DNA from: an uncultured Chloroflexia bacterium
Lineage (GTDB): Bacteria; Chloroflexota; Limnocylindria; Limnocylindrales; CSP1-4
Assembly (NCBI GenBank): GCA_963768035.1
Contig: CAVYGJ010000001.1
Span: forward strand, 1,894-65,893
Direction: 5' to 3'
Length of the DNA: 64,000 nt
Position numbers and translations under genes: made by a program. Position 1 is the stretch's first letter; each line of letters starts with the position of its first letter. The notes below the pieces were generated by a model, which did not search any database, had not been told where the DNA came from, and worked only from the letters and a program-made list of their open reading frames with translations. Shown one piece after another: positions 60,005 to 64,000 of this stretch.

Positions 60005-60802
60005 GTGGTGGTCGGCGACGCACGGGAGGCTCTGACGACGGGCGCGACGGGCGCGACGCCGTGGCCCCAGTTCGCCGTGGTCAACCGGAGCACGCTGCCC
60101 GAGGAGATCGCGGCCCGCGTGCTCGACCTCATCCGCGAGGAGCAGCTGCACCCGGGGGACAAGCTCCCCGCGGAGCGCGACCTCGCGGCCGCGATGCACG
60201 TCAGCCGCCCGGTCCTGCGCGAGGCGCTCCGAGCGCTCGCGATCATGAACGTCGTCGACATCCGCCAGGGCGCGGGCACCTACATCACCTCGCTCGAGCC
60301 GCAGGCGCTCGTCTCGCACCTCGACTTCGTGTTCTCGAAGGACGCGGTCGCGCTCGGCCAGGTCATCGAGACCCGGCGGATCGTGGAGGTCGGCAACGTC
60401 CGTCTCGCCGCGAAGCGGATCACCGACGACGAGCTCGCGACGCTCGACGGCCTCGTCGCGGACCTGCGCAGGGCGCTCGGCGACGCGGACGGGTTCGCGA
60501 GCCTCGACATCGCGGTCCACGACACCGTGGCTGCCGCGGCCGGCAACTTCCTGCTCGCGCAGTTCATGCGGATCATCAACACGCTGGCCAAGGTGAGCCG
60601 CGAGCGGACGGGGGCCACCCGGGCGACCCGCGAGCATGCCCTCGCCGACATCGTCGCCATCGTGGACGCGCTCCGAGCGCACGACGCCGACGCCGCGGCG
60701 CTCGCCATGCAGGCACACCTCGACCACGTCGAGGCCGCCCTCGCCCTCGCGACGACGAGCCCGGCCGCGAAACCGAAGAAGACACCGGAGGGTCCCGAGT
60801 GA
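60005..60802 (+). CDS. GntR-family (FadR subfamily) transcriptional regulator
   Basis: wHTH 'LPAERDLAAAMHVSRPVLREALRALAIMNVVDIRQGAGTYI' plus an all-helical FCD-like C-terminal half. Confidence 0.8.
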   Translation: MVVGDAREALTTGATGATPWPQFAVVNRSTLPEEIAARVLDLIREEQLHPGDKLPAERDLAAAMHVSRPVLREALRALAIMNVVDIRQGAGTYITSLEPQALVSHLDFVFSKDAVALGQVIETRRIVEVGNVRLAAKRITDDELATLDGLVADLRRALGDADGFASLDIAVHDTVAAAAGNFLLAQFMRIINTLAKVSRERTGATRATREHALADIVAIVDALRAHDADAAALAMQAHLDHVEAALALATTSPAAKPKKTPEGPE

Positions 60803-61648
60803 CGGTCTCGACCTACTTCCAGCCGACCTCGGTCCCCGAGGCGCTGGCGCTGCTCGGCGAGCACGGGCCGGACCTGCTGGTGATCGCCGGCGGGACGATC
60901 GCGATGCAAGGGATCAACGACGGCACCTCGCTGCCACGTCTCGTGATGGGCCTCCGGCGGGCGGGCATCGACGGCATCGAGCGCACGGGCGACACCCTCC
61001 GCATCGGCGCGATGACGACGCTCACCACCCTGGCCGACCAGGCGCACGCGCCGCTGCTCGCCACGGCCGCGCGCAGGACCGGCAGCTGGGCGATCCGCAA
61101 CATGGCCACGGTCGGCGGCAACCTGTTCACGCCGTCGCCGGGCGGCGACGTGGGGACGGCCCTCCTGGCGCTCGACGCGACGGTCGAGGTCACCGGCGCG
61201 CACGGCACCCGTTCGATCCCGCTCCAGGCGTTCTGGACGGGCTTCATGGCCACGGACATCCGAGCGGACGAGCTCGTCACCGCGATCACCGTCAACCTGA
61301 CCGCCGGGCAGCGACACCTTCCTCAAGCTCGGCCGCCGGGAGGCCAACACCCCGGCCGTCGCGATGGTCGCGGCGCATCTCGAGGAGGCCGATGGGGTCG
61401 TCACTCGTGCCCGGGTCGCCATCGGCGCGGTCGGGCCGCACCCGCTCCGCGCTCCGTCGGTCGAGGCCGCGCTCGTGGGCGCGCCGCTGACGAAGGAATC
61501 GATCACCAGGGCCGCGTCGTTGGCCGTCGACGACGTCGTGCCGTTCACCGACGCCATCGCGACCGACTGGTACCGCCGGCGGATGGTCGGCGTCGTCGTG
61601 GAGCGGGCGCTCAGCGGGCTGGCCGCGCAGGCAGGGAGGAACGCGTAG
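60799..61648 (+). pseudogene. molybdenum hydroxylase FAD-binding subunit (CoxM/XdhB-like); one frame break
   Basis: GTG 60799 overlaps the GntR stop (GTGA). 'YFQPTSVPEALALLGEHGPDLLVIAGGT' and 'IRNMATVGGNL', then '...AITVNLTAG' jumps to 'SDTFLKLGRREANTPAVAMVAAHLEE...'. One extra base near 61305. Confidence 0.75.
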
Positions 61649-62131
61649 ATGGGCGCCACGATCGTGCGCTTCGAGGTCTCGGGACGAGAGGTCGAGGTCC
61701 TCGCAAGCCCGCTCGCCACGCTCCAGGGCGTGCTCCGGAACCAGCTCGGCCACACGTCCGTGAAGGACGGCTGCCGGCAGGGCGGCTGCGGCTCGTGCAC
61801 GGTCCTCGTCGACGGCGAGCCGATGCTCTCGTGCCTCCTCCCGGTGGAGGACGTCGCGGGCCGCCGGGTCACGACCCTCGAGGGCCTCACCCCCGCGGAG
61901 GGCCTCCACCCCGTCGAGCAGGCGTTCCTCGACCACAACGGCTTCCAGTGCGGCTACTGCACCCCCGGGATGGAGCTGCTGGCGTCGGCGCTCCTCGAGC
62001 ACAACCCGTCGCCCACCCGCGACGAGATCGGCGAGGCGCTCTCGGGCAACATCTGCCGCTGCACGGGCTACACCCCGATCATCGACGCGATCGAGGCGGC
62101 GGCCGCCCCGGTGGCGGAGGCCGTCCGATGA
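61649..62131 (+). CDS. molybdenum hydroxylase [2Fe-2S] subunit (CoxS-like)
   Basis: 'CRQGGCGSCTVLVDGEPMLSC', 'CGYCTPG' and 'CRCTGY'. Confidence 0.9.
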   Translation: MGATIVRFEVSGREVEVLASPLATLQGVLRNQLGHTSVKDGCRQGGCGSCTVLVDGEPMLSCLLPVEDVAGRRVTTLEGLTPAEGLHPVEQAFLDHNGFQCGYCTPGMELLASALLEHNPSPTRDEIGEALSGNICRCTGYTPIIDAIEAAAAPVAEAVR

Positions 62132-63474
62132 CGAACGACCTGCACGTCGTCGGCAAGTCCGTCCAGCGCTCGGACGGCGTGGGCTTCGTGACCGGCCGCG
62201 CCGAGTACTCGGCGGACCTCACGTTCCCGCGGATGCTCCACCTCAAGATGGTCCGCAGCCCGCTCCACCACGCGCGGATCCGGGGCGTCGACCTGTCCGC
62301 GGCCGAGCGCGTGCCGGGCTTCGTGCGGGCGCTCACCCACGAGGACGTCCCGCACAACGTCTACACGATCCTGGGCCTCATCGGCGTCGAGCCCGAGGAG
62401 GAGTTCGTCCTCGCCGTCGACCGCGTCCGCTACATGGGCGAGCCGATCGTCGCCATCCTCGCCGAGACCGAGCAGGCCGCCCTCGATGCGGTCGCGGCCG
62501 TGCGCCTCGACCTCGAGGAGCTGCCCGCGGTGTTCGACATGGAGGAGGCGCTCGCGCCCGGCGCGCCGGTCGTCACCCACTGGGGCAACAACACCTTCAT
62601 CTACGAGGGCGACACGAAGCGCAAGGTGCGCCTCGGCGACGTCGAGGCCGGGTTCGCCCAGGCCGATCACGTCATCGAGCACGCCTACCGCACGAGCCCG
62701 ATCGAGCACGCGCCCATCGAGACCACCGGCTGCATCGCCGTGCCCGAGGCCAACGGCCGGTTCACCGTCTACACCAACACCCAGGCGATCTACTTCAGCC
62801 TCGACAACACCTCGATCATCCTCGAGCTCCAGGCGAACCGGCTGCGGTTCGTCGGCGGGATGGTCGGCGGCGGGTTCGGCGGCAAGGTGGACGTCATCGT
62901 CGAGCCGCTCGCGACGCTGGGCGCGATGAAGACCGGACGCCCCGTGCGCTACGTCTACTCGCGGACCGAGGAGATGCAGGTCAGCTCCACCCGCAGCGCC
63001 GAGATCATCACGATCAAGGACGGGATCATGGCCGACGGGACGATCGTCGCCCGCAAGGTCACGGCCCTCGTCGACTGCGGCGCGTACAGCCGCCAGACGC
63101 CGTACGCGATCACGAAGCTCGCCGCCAACGCGGCCGGCCCGTACCGCATCCCGAACGTCTGGATCGACGCGTACTGCGTGTACACGAACCGCACGCCGAC
63201 GTCCGCGATGCGCGGGTTCGGGGTCACCTGGGTCACGTTCGCGCACGAGGTCCAGATGGACCGGATCGCCGAGCTCGTCGGGCTCGACCCGTGGACCGTC
63301 CGGTTCCTGAACGCGCACCGCAACGGCGACACGAAGCCGCACCGCAAGATCGTCGCCGACGCGACGCTGATCGAGACGATGCAGGCGGCCGCCGAGCTGG
63401 TGGGCCATGAGCTCCCCGCGGACCTGCGGGCGATGACGTCCGCGCCACGCGCGACGGCCGAGAAGGGACGCTGA
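62128..63474 (+). CDS. molybdopterin-binding large subunit, N-terminal polypeptide of a split pair
   Basis: ATGA overlap with the 2Fe-2S gene. 'VGKSVQRSDGVGFVTGRAEYSADL', 'GGGFGGK' and 'AMRGFG'. It ends at TGA 63472..63474. Confidence 0.85.
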   Translation: MTNDLHVVGKSVQRSDGVGFVTGRAEYSADLTFPRMLHLKMVRSPLHHARIRGVDLSAAERVPGFVRALTHEDVPHNVYTILGLIGVEPEEEFVLAVDRVRYMGEPIVAILAETEQAALDAVAAVRLDLEELPAVFDMEEALAPGAPVVTHWGNNTFIYEGDTKRKVRLGDVEAGFAQADHVIEHAYRTSPIEHAPIETTGCIAVPEANGRFTVYTNTQAIYFSLDNTSIILELQANRLRFVGGMVGGGFGGKVDVIVEPLATLGAMKTGRPVRYVYSRTEEMQVSSTRSAEIITIKDGIMADGTIVARKVTALVDCGAYSRQTPYAITKLAANAAGPYRIPNVWIDAYCVYTNRTPTSAMRGFGVTWVTFAHEVQMDRIAELVGLDPWTVRFLNAHRNGDTKPHRKIVADATLIETMQAAAELVGHELPADLRAMTSAPRATAEKGR

Positions 63475-63476
63475 CG

Positions 63477-64000
63477 ATGGCGAAGCTGCGCGGCACCGGC
63501 ATGGCCGCGGTCAACTACCCGACCGGGATGAACCTCGGCGGCGACCCCTCGCAGGCGCTCGTCCACGCGACGACGAGCGGCTCGTTCAACGTCGTGCTCG
63601 CCGCCACCGACCTCGGCCAGGGGCTCAAGACCGTCGTGGCCCAGATCGCCGCGGAGACGCTCGGCGTGCCGTACGAGGAGATCGTCGTCCAGACGGCCGA
63701 CACCGACACCGGACCGCACGACATGGGCACGTTCGCGAGCCGCGGCACCCACCGGGTGGGCAACGCGGTCAAGGTCGCGGCGGCCGAGGCGCTCGAGGCG
63801 GTCCTCCAGCTCGCGTCCGAGGAGCTGGAGGTGTCCGTGCGGGACCTCGAGCTCGACGGCGCGGGCAGCGTGCGCGTCGTCGGCTCGCCCGACAAGTCGC
63901 TGGGCATCGCGGACCTCGCGTCGCGGGCCCAGTTCCAGTACGGACGCACGATCGCCGGCCGCGGGATGTGGATGAAGCCCAAGAGCGGGGTCGACCCGGA
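63477..64000 (+). CDS. molybdopterin-binding large subunit, C-terminal polypeptide (3' end outside the window)
   Basis: ATG 63477 lies 2 nt after the previous stop, with AAGGGA upstream. 'GTGMAAVNYPTGMNLGGDPSQA...DLGQGLKTVVAQIAAETLGV...TADTDTGPHDMGTFASRGT'. Confidence 0.8.
   Translation, partial: MAKLRGTGMAAVNYPTGMNLGGDPSQALVHATTSGSFNVVLAATDLGQGLKTVVAQIAAETLGVPYEEIVVQTADTDTGPHDMGTFASRGTHRVGNAVKVAAAEALEAVLQLASEELEVSVRDLELDGAGSVRVVGSPDKSLGIADLASRAQFQYGRTIAGRGMWMKPKSGVDP

Noticed and set aside
60061-63474. 1137-aa ORF apparently fusing the GntR, FAD, FeS and Mo subunits
   Set aside because: Only its last 449 codons (62128..63474) are genuine. Upstream it runs out of frame through three separately recognisable genes.

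Overview
This is a very GC-rich chromosomal window with G/C-saturated third codon positions and frequent GTG/TTG starts, which looks Actinomycetota-like (inference only). I count about 55 genes. I saw no rRNA, tRNA, CRISPR array, transposase or integrase.

Layout:
- Left arm (1-12.8 kb): SAM methyltransferase, an LTA-synthase/sulfatase-like membrane protein, a SudBA/NfnAB-type ferredoxin:NAD(P) oxidoreductase pair, an HD-domain/cNMP protein translationally adjacent to a cNMP-binding/polytopic-membrane/HEAT-repeat protein, and a PucR regulator.
- Central block (12.8-37.7 kb), almost entirely intact: ferredoxin-NADP reductase, pyruvate phosphate dikinase, NDH-2, PdxR with a divergent PPOX, Zn-ADH, PEP carboxylase, a GAF histidine kinase with an OmpR regulator, a sugar ABC importer (SBP, two permeases, no ATPase) followed by a DUF624-like protein and an amylo-alpha-1,6-glucosidase-like protein, Amt, NhaP and an SDR.
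- Right arm (37.7-64 kb): a secreted protein with a caspase-fold-like His/Cys dyad, a ~1,870-aa secreted multicopper oxidase (GSGY repeats, 3 cupredoxin domains, 4 FN3), two NarL-type two-component systems in mirror order, an M14 carboxypeptidase, XRE, a MerR-vWA pair, transaldolase, an epimerase, ABM, and a GntR regulator coupled to a four-gene molybdenum hydroxylase with a split large subunit.

The dominant unusual signal is more than fifty single-nucleotide frame breaks. They are mostly of the insertion type and are concentrated gene by gene. Some genes are shredded while immediate neighbours are perfect, and protein motifs in the fragments remain readable. I cannot tell from sequence alone whether this is gene decay or a consensus artefact.

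No single clearly novel system could be proven. The best candidates for a second look are the cNMP module, the giant oxidase, the MerR-vWA pair and the structured 700-bp leader upstream of the sugar operon.
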